Source of the DNA: Bacteroidota bacterium
GTDB lineage: Bacteria; Bacteroidota; Bacteroidia; NS11-12g; UBA955
Length of the DNA: 33,758 bases
Reading direction: 5' to 3'
Assembly: GCA_037975865.1 (NCBI GenBank)
Contig: JBANFU010000065.1
Span: 1-33,758, forward strand
Part shown: piece after piece, positions 33,407 through 33,758 of the stretch
Numbering within the stretch: position 1 is the stretch's first letter
How the letters are laid out: each line of letters starts with the position of its first letter
Position numbers and translations under genes: made by a program
The notes under the pieces: generated by a model
Seen by the model: only the letters and a program-made list of their open reading frames with translations
Databases searched by the model: none
What the model was told of the DNA's origin: nothing

Positions 33407-33758
33407 ATGAACAAACCTACGGTTTTTATCACTGGCGCAACGGGCTTCCTCGGTTCTCACTTGGCGTGCCTGCTCCTCAAACAAGGATACCGCGTGATTG
33501 CCATGCGCAGAAACGCTCAATCAGAAGGCTTGTTTCCCCGCATTCACCAATTTCACCAACTGCCAAATGCATTCCAACCCCAATGGGTCACCGGAAACCT
33601 GTTGGATATCGATGATCTGTGCGAGGCCATCACCGATGTGGATGTGGTTTTTCACTGTGCAGCCAAAGTATCATTTGAACGGAAAGACAGAGATGCTTTG
33701 ATGCAAAACAATGTCATCGGTACGCGAAATGTGGTCAATGCCTGCCTTAAAAACAACA
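33407..33758 (+). CDS. NAD-dependent epimerase/dehydratase (extended SDR), partial (continues past the window end)
   Basis: Missing from the ORF track because it is open at the window edge. ATG at 33407. MNKPTVFITGATGFLGSHLACLLLKQGYRVIAMRR...VVFHCAAKVSF gives the Rossmann TGxxGxxG motif. Confidence 0.8.
   Translation, partial: MNKPTVFITGATGFLGSHLACLLLKQGYRVIAMRRNAQSEGLFPRIHQFHQLPNAFQPQWVTGNLLDIDDLCEAITDVDVVFHCAAKVSFERKDRDALMQNNVIGTRNVVNACLKNN

Noticed and set aside
1-33758. Search for CRISPR arrays, tandem repeats, IS elements, integrases, reverse transcriptases, restriction-modification genes or toxin-antitoxin pairs.
   Set aside because: Reading all intergenic regions and all ORF-track proteins turned up none. 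The intergenic spacers are short (at most 356 bp) and are accounted for by promoters and terminators.

Overview
This looks like a chromosomal segment of a Bacteroidota bacterium. The lineage call rests on a T9SS C-terminal sorting domain, a SusC/SusD pair, the GldH gliding lipoprotein and TAnnTTTG promoter boxes. I can support 36 protein-coding genes, three hairpin terminators, two further inverted repeats and twelve -7-type promoter boxes. Two genes are open at the window edges and absent from the ORF track: RNase Y at 1..1046 (-) and an SDR epimerase/dehydratase at 33407..33758 (+). I saw no rRNA, tRNA, CRISPR array, transposase, integrase, phage gene or recognisable defence or toxin-antitoxin gene. 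Most content is housekeeping: rny-zapA, lnt, rsmI, lpxK, gldH, yifB, galE, PhoU-like/Pit, acyl-CoA dehydrogenase, fdx-iscX, nusB, coaE-yajC, pth, rbfA and aroQ. Eight ORF-track models carry N-terminal extensions, mostly from TTG starts, and I trimmed them to ATG starts that are each preceded by a promoter box, a signal peptide or a family-typical N-terminus. The least ordinary loci are: (1) a BetR-like HTH regulator divergent from a 1386-aa T9SS cargo protein that joins a lipase-type alpha/beta-hydrolase, large unassigned regions and a PbH1 beta-helix; (2) a repeated TAnnTTTG-N4-ATG arrangement that implies leaderless mRNAs; (3) a 97-aa all-coiled-coil gene immediately upstream of zapA; (4) an isolated SusC/SusD pair with no enzyme or regulator partner. 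I found no clear multi-gene novel system, so the novelty claims below are hypotheses from reading the sequence, not database results.
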